Below are positions 38,701 to 49,373 of a DNA stretch of 64,000 nucleotides, one piece after another. Position numbers and translations under genes: made by a program. Source of the DNA: Candidatus Hydrogenedentota bacterium (GTDB taxonomy: Bacteria > Hydrogenedentota > Hydrogenedentia > Hydrogenedentales > SLHB01); the NCBI GenBank assembly GCA_045863295.1, contig BTWA01000011.1:90626-154625 (forward strand), in the 5' to 3' direction. The notes below the pieces were generated by a model. It was not told the origin of the DNA. It did not search any database and saw nothing but the letters and a program-made list of their open reading frames with translations. Every line of letters starts with the position of its first letter. Position 1 is the stretch's first letter.

Positions 38701-39432
38701 ATGCGAAATATGCGACTGAAACCCACGGCCATCCTCTTCGATATGGGCGGCGTGCTTTTGGAATCCGCGGATATGTGGAATGCCTCCGGATTTGAAAAAT
38801 CGTTTCCTCAGGGACTTCCCGGGGGCGTTTCTCAGGCGTGGTTTATGGACATGTCCGCGGCGCTACTTCGGGCGTTTGAATCGATGCCGGCTCCGCGTCC
38901 GGCTTTGAATCCGCGGCCCATTATTGGCGAGTGGCTGAGTAAAGCGGGGATGGATACAAGCGTATCCAGCGTGGATCGTTGGTACCGGATTACGTGCGCG
39001 TGGGAAGTACGGCCACTGTATCCGTTTGTGAAGCCTGCACTGGGGGCTCTGCGCGAGCTTGGCATTCGGATGGGCGTCATATCGAACACCTTGATGGATG
39101 GCGTGGCGCCTCGGGCTCACTTCGAACGCGAGGGTATCATGCCGTACTTTGAGTTCACGGTCTTCTCGGCGGACTTTGGCATGAACAAACCGGACGCATC
39201 TATTTTCCGGCACGCGCTCGATTCCATGCGGCTGTCGCCGGCGGAAGCCTGGTACATCGGAGACAAGCCGCACCGCGATGTATGCGGCGCCAATGGCGTG
39301 GGCATGACGTCCGTTCTGGTAGACAGCATCTACACTGACCGCATTCTGGACGGAGAGGTTTTTTGGCCAGACATCATGATTCCGGACATCGGCGCCCTGC
39401 CGGCCCTGGTGCGCGAATTGGCTGTTCATTAG
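38701..39432 (+). CDS. HAD-superfamily hydrolase
   Basis: ILFDMGGVL, GVISN, KPD..IF, YIGD...RDV.GA...GM. Confidence 0.88.
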   Translation: MRNMRLKPTAILFDMGGVLLESADMWNASGFEKSFPQGLPGGVSQAWFMDMSAALLRAFESMPAPRPALNPRPIIGEWLSKAGMDTSVSSVDRWYRITCAWEVRPLYPFVKPALGALRELGIRMGVISNTLMDGVAPRAHFEREGIMPYFEFTVFSADFGMNKPDASIFRHALDSMRLSPAEAWYIGDKPHRDVCGANGVGMTSVLVDSIYTDRILDGEVFWPDIMIPDIGALPALVRELAVH

Positions 39433-39455
39433 GCCGCAATGTGTGCCAGCCGAAG

Positions 39456-40502
39456 CTAGAGCAATTCACCGATTGCAGAGATGGGAATGCGGATTTCGAA
39501 CGCCACTCCTTTGGGTGAGAGATTGCGATAGATCACGGACCCGCGATGCGCGCTTACGATGCGGTGGACGAGTGTCAGGCCGAGTCCGGTGCCGCCTTCT
39601 TTCTTAGTGAAGAACGGAGTAAACACGTCTTCGCCTTGCCCCAGATGGATACCGGGGCCGGCGTCGGCCACGGCGAGCAGCAGCCAGTCGCCCTCCACAT
39701 CCGTGGTAATGTCGATGTGGTCGCCCGCTTGGGAAGCATCGATGGCATTGTTGAGAAGGTTGACCAGCGCCTGAGCGAGTCGTTCTTTATCGGCCACAAG
39801 GCCTGGCGGTTCACCGTTGGCATGCACCCGGAGCAATACGCCCTTTACTTCGGCTCTTCTGCGACACAATTGAACGGCGCGCTGCACGATGCTTTCTGCC
39901 GTGCAGTCCTCGGGAGTCAGGTCAAACGGGCGCGCCAGTCCGAGAAACTGCGATATGGACTTCTCCAGCGCGACGGCCTCGCGGTAGATGGCTTCGGAGG
40001 TCTTGTGGCGCTCGTCTTCCTTTGCGATCTTTCGCATGAGCAATTCGGCCATGCCGCTGATGATGGTAACCGGAGTGCGGAGTTCGTGCACCACACCGGC
40101 GGTAAGCTCGCCGAGGGCGGCGAGTTGGCGGTTCAATTCCGCAGCGCGTTCCAGCCGGCGGCGCTCGGTCATATCGGTAAAGAGAAAGATAACTCCGTTG
40201 AAGAGATCAGGGCCGCGCAACAGCGACGCGGAAAGGCCCAGGTCCTGTTTTTCTCCTCGTCCGTTGGTCAGCGTGAGCTCAATGCGGGATCGGGGGAGTT
40301 TGTCTTCACGCATCTCTTCGAAGATGCTGATCAGTTCTTCTGATCCGGCGAGATCAGCCAGGCGCAAACCTTCGGCCACCGGATGTCCGTTGGCCAGTAT
40401 CGCCTTGGCAACGCCATTGGCGGAGAGGATGCGTCCCGCGCGGTCGACGGTGACCACACCGCTGGGAAGACTCTCTACAATTTGTTGATAGAAGTCGCTC
40501 AT
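39456..40502 (-). CDS. Cytoplasmic PAS-domain histidine kinase (NtrB-like)
   Basis: PAS (IVESLPSGV...D..G.I...N); H-box HELRTP; N-box NLLNNA; D.GPG; FTPFFT; GTGLGL; no TM. Confidence 0.95.
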   Translation of the reverse strand: MSDFYQQIVESLPSGVVTVDRAGRILSANGVAKAILANGHPVAEGLRLADLAGSEELISIFEEMREDKLPRSRIELTLTNGRGEKQDLGLSASLLRGPDLFNGVIFLFTDMTERRRLERAAELNRQLAALGELTAGVVHELRTPVTIISGMAELLMRKIAKEDERHKTSEAIYREAVALEKSISQFLGLARPFDLTPEDCTAESIVQRAVQLCRRRAEVKGVLLRVHANGEPPGLVADKERLAQALVNLLNNAIDASQAGDHIDITTDVEGDWLLLAVADAGPGIHLGQGEDVFTPFFTKKEGGTGLGLTLVHRIVSAHRGSVIYRNLSPKGVAFEIRIPISAIGELL

Positions 40503-41362
40503 GCACGAGCCGCCTCAAGTTTCGCCTTGAGGCATCGCGCAATCGCGGCGAACTCGTGCAACGACACGGTTTGAGCCCGGCGGCCGGGATCGACGCCTGC
40601 TTCTTCGAGTGCCTCAAGCGTAATTTCCTTGGGCGCTCCGTAGGCCCCGGATTTGGTGAGGGCGTTTCGCAGCGTCTTGCGGCGCTGAAGAAAGGCAGCC
40701 CGAATGATCTTGAATAGAAAGGCGCGATCCACATCGGGAAACAACGGATCTCTCCGCGACCGAAGCCGTACGATGCAGCTTTCCACCTTTGGCCGGGGGA
40801 CGAAGCACGTAGCCGGCACGTGGTGCACGATGTCCACTTCAGCATGGAATTGCGCGGCCAGGGAGATGACGCTGTACTCCGGCGAATCCACGGCGGCGGT
40901 CAAGCGGTGGGCCACTTCTTCTTGAACCATGATTACGAGGCGATCCAGTGGCAATGCCGATTCCCAGAAGTGAAAGAGAATGGGGGTCGTAATGTAGTAG
41001 GGCAAATTGGCGACCACCTTGTAGATGGGGGCTCCGGGGATGAATTCCTCGGCTAATTTTCTGGGGTCGTGATTGAGTACATCGCCGCGGAAAATGACGA
41101 CGTTGGAGCAATCCCGGAACTGGTCTTCCAAACAGGGAATGAAGGAGGCGTCTATTTCGATGGCCAGGATACGGCCGGCGCGGGGCTGCATTCGGACAGT
41201 AAGCGCACCGAGCCCGGCCCCCACTTCAATGACAGAATCGCCGGCTGTGAGTGCGGCGGCATCAACCATAATTCGATTGATATTGTCGTCGAGCAGCAGA
41301 TTTTGCCCGAGCGCTTTTTTGAAGTGAATGTTGTATTTTTGGGCAACTTCGCGCAATGACAT
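40499..41362 (-). CDS. rsmA: 16S rRNA dimethyladenosine transferase
   Basis: KKALGQNLL.D, EVGAGLGALT, ANLPYYITTP, MVQEEVA.R, F.P.PKVES, F.QRRKTL.N. Confidence 0.98.
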   Translation of the reverse strand: MSLREVAQKYNIHFKKALGQNLLLDDNINRIMVDAAALTAGDSVIEVGAGLGALTVRMQPRAGRILAIEIDASFIPCLEDQFRDCSNVVIFRGDVLNHDPRKLAEEFIPGAPIYKVVANLPYYITTPILFHFWESALPLDRLVIMVQEEVAHRLTAAVDSPEYSVISLAAQFHAEVDIVHHVPATCFVPRPKVESCIVRLRSRRDPLFPDVDRAFLFKIIRAAFLQRRKTLRNALTKSGAYGAPKEITLEALEEAGVDPGRRAQTVSLHEFAAIARCLKAKLEAARA

Positions 41363-41501
41363 GGAATTCTCACTTTCCCGGCGACACTGTAACGAGATTA
41401 GGGGCAGGCGACTGCAATATCAAGTGATTCCGGTCTTTGTTCGTGGATTCCCGGGTGTGGTAGCATTCCCCTTTCCCGAAAAAAGGCGAACAGCACCTAT
41501 T

Positions 41502-43571
41502 ATGTACGGCGTAGACGATACCTCTCAATATGACCCGCGTAACATTCCGAAAGTGGAGATGGGCAAGGCCTGGCCTGTGTACAAACGGCTGCTGGGCTAT
41601 GTCATGCGCCACAAAGGGCGGCTGGTTACTTCCATTGTCTTTTCGATTGTAGTGGCGGGTTCGCTGGGGGCCACGATCGTCGGCACGGGTCAAGTGCTTA
41701 AGCTGATTTTAATGGAGGAACCGGCGACGGTACAGCCGGTTCAGCCCCTCGACGCGCCGGCGCAAGCCGGATCCGGGCAACCGGCTGGACCCCAGACCGA
41801 TCCTGTGATAGAGACAAGGGACAAAATTGCGTCGTATGCCAAGAGCATGGAAGAGTCGATCGGGTGGGCGCCGCAGGGTTTGGATGATGCCTATGTGAGC
41901 GGGGTGTCGTACTTGCGCGAGAATAAGATGCGGTCTGTCATCCTGATCGCAGTGCTTGTATTCGTGTTTTCGTTGGTTGGAGGGGTTGCTCGCTTTTTGC
42001 AGGAATACCTGTCTGCATCGATTGCGATGCATGTGACCATTGACTTGGGCAAGGAGATGTACGCGAACATTGTGCGTTTGCCCATCCGTTTTTTCGAGCG
42101 GCGATCCAGCGGCGAAGTCATCGCCCGTTTGAGCAATGACATCTTCATGGCGGGCCGCGGCCTGACGCAAGTGTTCATGAAATTGATGCGTGAGCCGTTC
42201 AAGATTGTGATGTTCCTGGGGATCGCCATCTGGATCGATCCGCAGTTGACGCTCGTGGCAATTCTGGTACTTCCCTTGGTGGGTTTTGTGATCGTGAGGA
42301 TAGGTCAGAGTGTGCGCAAGCGCGCGCGCCGATCGCTGGAAAAGGTCGCGTCACTGCAAACCGCCATCAAGGAAAGCGTGATGGGCATATCCATCGTAAA
42401 GGCATTTTCGATGGAGGACCACCAGACTACACGCGTGAATCACGAATATGGTGCGTTGCTCAAGCAGGGCCTAAAGATGGCCAAGGCAGACGCCGCCGTG
42501 GGGCCTCTCACCGAAGTGGTCATGATGATAGGCGTTGTGGTTTTCATTTTCCTGAGTGCGCGAAAAGTGATTGATGGACCCTTGGATGTGGCGGATCTCG
42601 GCATTTTATACGGGTCCTTGGCGGGCATGCTCGATCCCGTGCGCAAGCTGGCAGCCGTAAACAATGCGGTCCAGACCAGCGTGGCGAGCGCGGAACGTGC
42701 GTTTGAGTTCATTGACGTGAAGTCGGACATTACAGACGCGCCGGACGCAATCAAACTTCCTCCCATCCAGTCGGCGATTCGATTCGAGGACGTGCGGTTT
42801 TCCTACGACGGCCGGGTGGAAGTGCTGAAGGGCATTTCATTCGACGTAAACAAGGGCGAAATGGTGGCGTTGGTGGGTTTCAGCGGCGCGGGCAAAAGCA
42901 CAGTGGCCAAGCTGATTCCACGATTCTACGACGTGACCGGCGGCAAGATCACCATAGACGGCACGGACATCCGCACTGTCACTCAAGCGAGTTTGCGGGG
43001 TCAGATCAGCCTCGTGACTCAAGACACCATTCTCTTTAATGAATCCGTGACAGCGAACATTGCGGCGGGACAGGCCGGTTACGGCGAAGACCGGATTCGC
43101 GCGGCCGCCAAGGCAGCCAATGCGGCGGATTTTGTGGAGCGCTTGCGATACAAATACGATACTCCCATTGGCGAAAGCGGGAGTTCGCTGTCCGGGGGTC
43201 AACGGCAGCGCTTATGCATTGCGCGAGCGCTGATCAAGGATCCGGCTATTCTGGTGCTGGACGAAGCGACGTCGAGTCTGGATTCGGAAAGCGAGAGGCT
43301 AATCCAGCAGGCCATCGAAGAGTTTGTGGTGGGCCGCACGTCAATCGTCATCGCGCACCGGCTTTCCACGATTCAAAAAGCCGATCGTATTGTGGTTCTG
43401 GATGACGGAGTGGTTGCGGAACAGGGCACACATGCCGAATTGCTGCAACGGGACGACAGCATCTACCGAAGACTGTACGAAACCCAGTTTGCCGTGGCCG
43501 AACGGCGTGAAGAGATAGTGGGCGCGGCGGCCGAAGCCGAGGAATCCGACTTGCACGACACGGTGGCGTAA
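41502..43571 (+). CDS. MsbA-like ABC exporter (fused TMD-NBD)
   Basis: 6-TM domain; GFSGAGKS, LSGGQRQR, LVLDEATS.LD, IAHRLSTI. Confidence 0.93.
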   Translation: MYGVDDTSQYDPRNIPKVEMGKAWPVYKRLLGYVMRHKGRLVTSIVFSIVVAGSLGATIVGTGQVLKLILMEEPATVQPVQPLDAPAQAGSGQPAGPQTDPVIETRDKIASYAKSMEESIGWAPQGLDDAYVSGVSYLRENKMRSVILIAVLVFVFSLVGGVARFLQEYLSASIAMHVTIDLGKEMYANIVRLPIRFFERRSSGEVIARLSNDIFMAGRGLTQVFMKLMREPFKIVMFLGIAIWIDPQLTLVAILVLPLVGFVIVRIGQSVRKRARRSLEKVASLQTAIKESVMGISIVKAFSMEDHQTTRVNHEYGALLKQGLKMAKADAAVGPLTEVVMMIGVVVFIFLSARKVIDGPLDVADLGILYGSLAGMLDPVRKLAAVNNAVQTSVASAERAFEFIDVKSDITDAPDAIKLPPIQSAIRFEDVRFSYDGRVEVLKGISFDVNKGEMVALVGFSGAGKSTVAKLIPRFYDVTGGKITIDGTDIRTVTQASLRGQISLVTQDTILFNESVTANIAAGQAGYGEDRIRAAAKAANAADFVERLRYKYDTPIGESGSSLSGGQRQRLCIARALIKDPAILVLDEATSSLDSESERLIQQAIEEFVVGRTSIVIAHRLSTIQKADRIVVLDDGVVAEQGTHAELLQRDDSIYRRLYETQFAVAERREEIVGAAAEAEESDLHDTVA

Positions 43572-43575
43572 TTCG

Positions 43576-44277
43576 ATGTGCCACCGCACGTATACGGCGG
43601 CGATGGCGGTCTTGGCGTCGTTTCTATTTCTGAACGGGTGCGGGGATTCGCCTCAGCCGACAAAATATTTGGCGCCTGAGTCTCAGGAATCTGATTCGGG
43701 GACGCTGTTGCCAGCCGACGAAGGGCGCTGGGTTTATATCCGCGCCGTGGATCAGGACGGCCAAGCGATTCCTGGCGTCATTCCCATTGCCACGCGCCTC
43801 CCCAACGCATTCGATCAGCCGGTCGCATACGGCCAACCAACCGATGCGCAGGGCCAAAGCGCCGTGTTGATACCGAACTCGTTACACGCTTTTGTGCGCG
43901 CGTGGGACGAGGACCTAGGGCAATTCGCCAATAACTTCTATGAGATTCTCGCGAACAGCGAACCGGTGGAAGGCGTAATGGAAGTTACGATGCTACCGGC
44001 GGCGAGACTCACGGCCTCCATTCGCGCACAGGACGGTACTCCGGCCTCGAACGAGACCGTGGCTGTGTCGTTCGCGCACCCAACGCGCGGCGTATGGTGG
44101 CCTTGGGAAGGCAAGACCGGGGACGATGGGAGCCTTCGCATTGAGTCCGTTCCCGCGGGCAAGTACCTGATCCAATTCAAATCGGCGACCCAAGGCACGC
44201 TGGAACTGCCGGAGACCGTACTGCTTCCGGGCCAAACGACTGAGTTAGGCGGATTGACGCTTATCGCCCCGCAGTGA
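43576..44277 (+). CDS. Lipoprotein with carboxypeptidase-regulatory-like (beta-sandwich) domains
   Basis: FLNGC lipobox; two repeats of D.DG.P...V...TD..G; VPAGKY. Confidence 0.7.
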   Translation: MCHRTYTAAMAVLASFLFLNGCGDSPQPTKYLAPESQESDSGTLLPADEGRWVYIRAVDQDGQAIPGVIPIATRLPNAFDQPVAYGQPTDAQGQSAVLIPNSLHAFVRAWDEDLGQFANNFYEILANSEPVEGVMEVTMLPAARLTASIRAQDGTPASNETVAVSFAHPTRGVWWPWEGKTGDDGSLRIESVPAGKYLIQFKSATQGTLELPETVLLPGQTTELGGLTLIAPQ

Positions 44278-46588
44278 TGTCTGGCTCGCCCAGAAGGATC
44301 GTGCTGCCCGTGCGCGCGGTCACCGAGTCAGGCCCCAGTTCGATGGTTGTTTCACCGCCAGCGCGCTTGAGTTTGAGGGTGCGGCTGGAATCGTTGGCCG
44401 ACAATTCGCTTTCCAGCAAATCGCTTTTGCCTTCGACCGTAATCAACGTGACGAATTGCTGATCCAGCACTTTTTCAGTCGTCGACGCCGTGAGGTGCCA
44501 CTCACCCAAATCGAACTTGGCCCACTCCGCCGGTGGCGTGTCGAACTGATCGGTCTGTGAAATTTTCAGTGCGGACGGCTCAAGCCACCGGACACGTACG
44601 GTTGCGGGTTTACCTGACCACGTGGTTTGATTCTCGCCTATTTTGAACTCCCCTGGCGCATGAAGGAGCCACTGAAACGTGGACGGATTCTTTGCGGTCA
44701 AGATGTCGTGAATGACGATCACGCCGGGCTTAAAGAACAAAATGCGGCGCACGGCCGTTGTCAGTTGCGGGTAAGATTCCGCGCATTCGCCTTCCACGAA
44801 ATCGAAAGTGGGCGATGTTTCGAAGCGCGTGATACGGCCTTTTGCTTTGAAGCTGTGCGGTATCTGGCCTTCACCGTTTACAAGGATGGCGTTGTCTGAC
44901 TTGGTCTCCCACATCCACTGTGTGTGATGGGGGCTGCCACTGATGTCTCTCTTGCCGGAGTTCAGGAACACACGTTCACCGGCGATGTGCAAGAGGAAGC
45001 TGTTGTTTGCATTGTATCCGTGGCTTTGCCGTCCGATCGGGCTGTCCTTGAAGTGAATCTGCACATTGTTTTTGGCATCCATAAGGTCGGAATTCATCAC
45101 GGCGACGCCGGTGCCTTGAAACGCCTTTGACTGCGGCAGATCAATGGGCGGTTTTGCTGAAACGTCAAGCAGCTTCCATGCGTAAATGAAGCCTAAATAA
45201 CCCGAAGGCAGCGCGCCGCCGGTCTGTTCGACGTACCACTGCCAGTAGGGATTGCGTGCCCCGGCATTCAGTATTGCAACTAAATCGCCGGTTTGCTTTG
45301 CATTGATGCCGATGGCTTGGTCGCCGTATCCGCCCGCCATGGCTCCGGGGGGCAGCATGTACATGCCAAAGAATCCGACTTGTTTGAAGAAGGGCATTTC
45401 GAAGACGTTGATCTCGTAGATATTCTCCATGGTTGTGGCCCAATACATGTAGCGCGTGATATAGCTGACCCAATAGGCAACGCCCTCATGCCATCCGCCA
45501 TCGGAATCGCTCCATGCGGGGTAGCAAGTGAATTGAATGGTCATGACGAAATCGAGCCACTCCTTCGCCTCGGGGATGTCGTCGTAGAACACCGTGGCGA
45601 TATCGCCAAGAAAATGCCACAGGCGATTGGAGTGGCTGTCGTACGGGCGCCAAAGATGTTTCATCTTCACAAGATGATCAAATGCCTGACGGCCGCGAAT
45701 GCGCATCATCTCGACAAATATCCTGCGATCGGATTCCGAGAACATGGGATAGCACCAACTGTACGCGCGTGCGGGGTACTTCATGGCCGGCATGGAGGCC
45801 TCGTCGTTGTAATCGCGGCTGGTCGATCCGTTTGGATCCCATTTCGTCATTTCCATCAGGAAGTCACGCGCGGCAGAACCGTATTTTTCTTCGCCGGTCA
45901 GGCGATATACAAAGGCAAGCGTCGCGGCGCTGTCGGCCACGGCAATAACGCGCGTACGGTTTCCCCACCAGATTTTGCGCCATTCCTCGCCTTTGCGCTC
46001 CATACCTTCCGGGTATTTGGGCGGTTCGGTGAAATCGGGCGGGTTTGCCAGGATAGTATTGGCTTGGTCGACAATCTCCGACCAACGGCCGGCGAGGGGT
46101 CCTTTCGCAAGTTCCTTAAATGTGGGCACATCCTCCGGCGCAAAGAACAGTCTCGGATGCTCAGCGGGGATGCGCGCAATCACGGCATCGATACGTGGTT
46201 GCGGAAACTTTACAGCGGTTTCCGGGATGGTACATGTCCGGACCTGACTCCAGCCGGTCTCGTTGCCGTTGGCGTCAATCCCCTTGTATCGCCAGTAGTA
46301 AGTTCCGGGGGCAAAGGACTGATCGGGGCAGTGCGCGTTCCAACGCGTTTTTCCACTGGAATACACGATGGTGTCAAATCCGGAATCGGAGGCCAATTGC
46401 AGAATGTACGCTTCAATGCCTTCGCTGGGCCGCCAGGTGAATCCCGGCGGGTTGATTGCGACAGCCGAGTTTTCCGGCCGATAACCCCAGTCGCCCGGAC
46501 CGGTTGGTGTTTCGTCCAACATTGCCGCGGAGGCCGAGCAGGCAATGAGCCAAAGCACTGCCCGCGATCCGAATTGTGCGAAATTCAT
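44261..46588 (-). CDS. Secreted polysaccharide lyase (DUF4962 + heparinase II/III-like, PL15-like)
   Basis: NPP.F.W, G.YYWR, HPRLF, YDSH, DGGWHEG..YW, SH.....NSF; signal peptide. Confidence 0.85.
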   Translation of the reverse strand: MNFAQFGSRAVLWLIACSASAAMLDETPTGPGDWGYRPENSAVAINPPGFTWRPSEGIEAYILQLASDSGFDTIVYSSGKTRWNAHCPDQSFAPGTYYWRYKGIDANGNETGWSQVRTCTIPETAVKFPQPRIDAVIARIPAEHPRLFFAPEDVPTFKELAKGPLAGRWSEIVDQANTILANPPDFTEPPKYPEGMERKGEEWRKIWWGNRTRVIAVADSAATLAFVYRLTGEEKYGSAARDFLMEMTKWDPNGSTSRDYNDEASMPAMKYPARAYSWCYPMFSESDRRIFVEMMRIRGRQAFDHLVKMKHLWRPYDSHSNRLWHFLGDIATVFYDDIPEAKEWLDFVMTIQFTCYPAWSDSDGGWHEGVAYWVSYITRYMYWATTMENIYEINVFEMPFFKQVGFFGMYMLPPGAMAGGYGDQAIGINAKQTGDLVAILNAGARNPYWQWYVEQTGGALPSGYLGFIYAWKLLDVSAKPPIDLPQSKAFQGTGVAVMNSDLMDAKNNVQIHFKDSPIGRQSHGYNANNSFLLHIAGERVFLNSGKRDISGSPHHTQWMWETKSDNAILVNGEGQIPHSFKAKGRITRFETSPTFDFVEGECAESYPQLTTAVRRILFFKPGVIVIHDILTAKNPSTFQWLLHAPGEFKIGENQTTWSGKPATVRVRWLEPSALKISQTDQFDTPPAEWAKFDLGEWHLTASTTEKVLDQQFVTLITVEGKSDLLESELSANDSSRTLKLKRAGGETTIELGPDSVTARTGSTILLGEPDITAGR

Positions 46589-46704
46589 GGATTCGCTCCC
46601 ATGTCTGCAGCCCAACGTCCTCAATCAGGGTGTTCATCTATTCTGGCGCGTCCGCCTTGGGTAATTTCAAGCTGTGATTGCCGGAATGAGCCGCGTTCGT
46701 ATGC

Positions 46705-46733
46705 TTGACCCTCCTGGGTATGTTCGGTAGCAT
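46705..46733 (+). promoter_or_regulatory. Sigma70-type promoter
   Basis: TTGACC-N17-TAGCAT, followed by GGAG RBS. Confidence 0.55.
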
Positions 46734-46754
46734 TTTCATTTTGCGGAGTAACTC

Positions 46755-47372
46755 ATGGAAATCCTTTCATTCCCGATGACGCCGTTCATTACGAATTGCT
46801 TTGTCATTCGTGACGAAGCGGAAGCGCTGGTGGTGGATCCGGGCGACGTGACGCCGGAATTGATCGACGCCATCGCTGGCTATCGTGTCGATACGATCGT
46901 AAATACCCATTGTCACCTCGACCACTGCGCGGGCAACGCAAGGTTGATTCGACGGACGGGCGCCAAGCTGTTGCTGCACCCGGATGAACTGCCGCTCTTG
47001 CACGCCATTCCCCAGCAGGCCATGATGTTTGGCGTGCCCGCTGATTCGTCGCCGGAGCCGGACGGGTTTCTGCAGCCGGGTGACAGGGTAACCGTAGGCA
47101 ATACCTCATTTTCCGTGCGGTTGACTCCTGGACATTCTCCAGGCCACATCGTACTAGTAGGTGACGGGGTTGTCATTGGAGGCGACGTATTGTTTTCGGG
47201 TTCGATAGGAAGGACTGATCTTCCCGGGGGCGATTACGAGCAACTGTTGCACTCCATTCAAACCCAGTTGCTGACGTTGCCGGACACGACCGTCGTGCAT
47301 TGTGGGCACGGGCCTTCGACGACAATTGGCATTGAACGGCGAACCAATCCATTTTTGGCGGGTCTTTCATGA
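46755..47372 (+). CDS. MBL-fold metallo-hydrolase (glyoxalase II/YcbL-like)
   Basis: THCHLDH, TPGHSPG, GDVLF.GSIGRTDLPGG, GHGP.TT...E...NPF. Confidence 0.95.
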   Translation: MEILSFPMTPFITNCFVIRDEAEALVVDPGDVTPELIDAIAGYRVDTIVNTHCHLDHCAGNARLIRRTGAKLLLHPDELPLLHAIPQQAMMFGVPADSSPEPDGFLQPGDRVTVGNTSFSVRLTPGHSPGHIVLVGDGVVIGGDVLFSGSIGRTDLPGGDYEQLLHSIQTQLLTLPDTTVVHCGHGPSTTIGIERRTNPFLAGLS

Positions 47373-49339
47373 AACGTATTCTCGTGGCTTGTGTGCTCTT
47401 TGCCGCCGCCGTGGCCGTTTCCGAAACGCCGGCGGCACCGGAATCAGCACAGGTTCAGTCACCGGCCACGCTCCCAGGTGGATCCATGAAACCTGTTCGG
47501 CGGCGCGACACGGAGCGTGCGCTGGAGGAAGCGGCTCAAACCGGTACGTTGATCGATGTGGTACTTGCGCCCGACCAGCCTATCCCATGCGTGTATCTGG
47601 ACGAACCGTTGGTGATTCGATGGACGTGCCCTGTGGATGCGGAGGTGGGTGGAATCCTGTCGGTGTTTGGTGGAGAAAAAAAGTTACACGAGACAGCGCT
47701 CGATTCCATGGAGCTGAAGGCGGGCGTCGAACACTGGTCCGTCGTGAACGACCTGCCGGGCAACAAGGGCCGGTACCGGGTTGCGCTGGATTTGGTTGTC
47801 GGCGGGCAGTCGTTCAGTGTAAGTCGCTGGTTTTGCCGTATCGAAAGGCCGATGGGGGCATTGGATGTACCTGCCGGAATCCGATTGAACGCCGTGGATC
47901 CGAAAGTACTGTTCGCGCTTCAATCGATTCCCATTCGAAATGTAATCGTGAAATACTCCAGCGACACGTTCGACGCTGCGGTTTCGGCTTTGCGCGATGG
48001 CGGCTTCTCGGTGTCCGTTGTGTTTGAACCGGCCAGTGTGGCCAACGCCCTGCAGACGCTGGAATCGCTGGCGCAGTCACACGGCGCAATGGTAAAGAAC
48101 TGGTTCATCGGCCCGAATCTCGGCGGTATTACGGCGGGCATGGCCGTCGATGCGCTTCGCAAGGCGGGAACCAGCGCGCCGGTAACGTTGTTGTCCGCCA
48201 AGGGACCGCCGTTAATTCAGGAGCTGCAGTCGAGTCTTCCTCCCATTTCGGCGGTGGGAATGGAGTGGGACGCGCCGTTGACCGGCGAGATTGACGCGTT
48301 GAAAGACATTCTGGAACTGCAAGGTCAGGAACATATTCCGTTGTCGGTGGTCAGTGCGGAGAATGCCAATTCGCCGGAGACCCTGGGTCCACGCGTGGTG
48401 CATCAGATTGTGGGTAATGCGATGACAGGCGCCTCGAGCACGTACTTGAGCTCACAGTCCATTGTTCACGCGGGCGAGCCGACGGAAGGTTTTCTATACC
48501 TGACTGGCATGGCCACTAGCCTGAACGGCATGGAAGCTATGGGGGTCATGCCCGCGCAGGAGGGCGTCTCCGCCAATGTATTTCGCAAACTCGGCGATTG
48601 GACCATCGTCCTTTGGCGCAGCGGCGGAGAGGCGAAGACGACTAACGTTTCTGTGGGCGACGCGTCGAATCTGAAGTGGGCAGACGGCGCGGGGAATGAT
48701 CTTGGCGCGCCCGTGCTGGACGGGGGCGCCATTCCAATCGCGCTGGGTCCAGAGCCGGTTTACGTGAGCGGCACGGGCGGTTTCGTCCTGGCCGCGGCAG
48801 CCTTGCTTCGAACAAGAGCGGAAGCGAAGTTTCTTGCCGGGCACGAAACGTTGAAAGAAAAAGCGCCGGCGGAATTGCTTGATATTTTCGAAGGCATTGC
48901 CGCGTCAAAAGACGGCAAACTGGATCGCATCCGTTTCTTTGAGTTGCTTCGCGCATTGCCTTATTTTGAACGGCAATGGCGCGAAGGCGGGTTACAAACG
49001 CAAGAAGCGGTGCCGGTCATCGCTGCGTTGGGCCGTTTGATTCGGGCGCAGTGCGTGTTGGAACAAGCTGTAGGCGAGCCGTTTCTGGATACGGTTGCAG
49101 AAACGCTCGGGCGATCGCAGGAGTATCAGAATGCCTACTTGCGAGAACAGGATCCGAAAAATGAATTTCGATCCCGGTCGGCCTGGTTAATTGAGGAATG
49201 CAAGCGGCTTGAAGGCGAAGCGCTTTCTTTGAGTGCCAGCGGAAGGGAGACGGAAGCAACGGCGGTGGCAAGTCTGGCGGAATGGCGCGCTCGTTCACTG
49301 GAGACAGCAGCGCGCGCAAACGGCAACGGAAGTTCCTAA
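47369..49339 (+). CDS. Large secreted hypothetical protein
   Basis: Signal peptide; ATGA overlap with the MBL gene; no recognisable catalytic motif. Confidence 0.75.
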   Translation: MKRILVACVLFAAAVAVSETPAAPESAQVQSPATLPGGSMKPVRRRDTERALEEAAQTGTLIDVVLAPDQPIPCVYLDEPLVIRWTCPVDAEVGGILSVFGGEKKLHETALDSMELKAGVEHWSVVNDLPGNKGRYRVALDLVVGGQSFSVSRWFCRIERPMGALDVPAGIRLNAVDPKVLFALQSIPIRNVIVKYSSDTFDAAVSALRDGGFSVSVVFEPASVANALQTLESLAQSHGAMVKNWFIGPNLGGITAGMAVDALRKAGTSAPVTLLSAKGPPLIQELQSSLPPISAVGMEWDAPLTGEIDALKDILELQGQEHIPLSVVSAENANSPETLGPRVVHQIVGNAMTGASSTYLSSQSIVHAGEPTEGFLYLTGMATSLNGMEAMGVMPAQEGVSANVFRKLGDWTIVLWRSGGEAKTTNVSVGDASNLKWADGAGNDLGAPVLDGGAIPIALGPEPVYVSGTGGFVLAAAALLRTRAEAKFLAGHETLKEKAPAELLDIFEGIAASKDGKLDRIRFFELLRALPYFERQWREGGLQTQEAVPVIAALGRLIRAQCVLEQAVGEPFLDTVAETLGRSQEYQNAYLREQDPKNEFRSRSAWLIEECKRLEGEALSLSASGRETEATAVASLAEWRARSLETAARANGNGSS

Positions 49340-49373
49340 TTCTTGGCGACGTGACATTCTGGGGGGAAGAGTC

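Noticed and set aside
38701..39432. HAD motif I reads DMGG rather than DxD
   Set aside because: DxGG is a common HAD subfamily variant and is not evidence of inactivity
45293..46708. 471-aa plus-strand ORF opposite the lyase
   Set aside because: Antisense shadow of a well-supported gene
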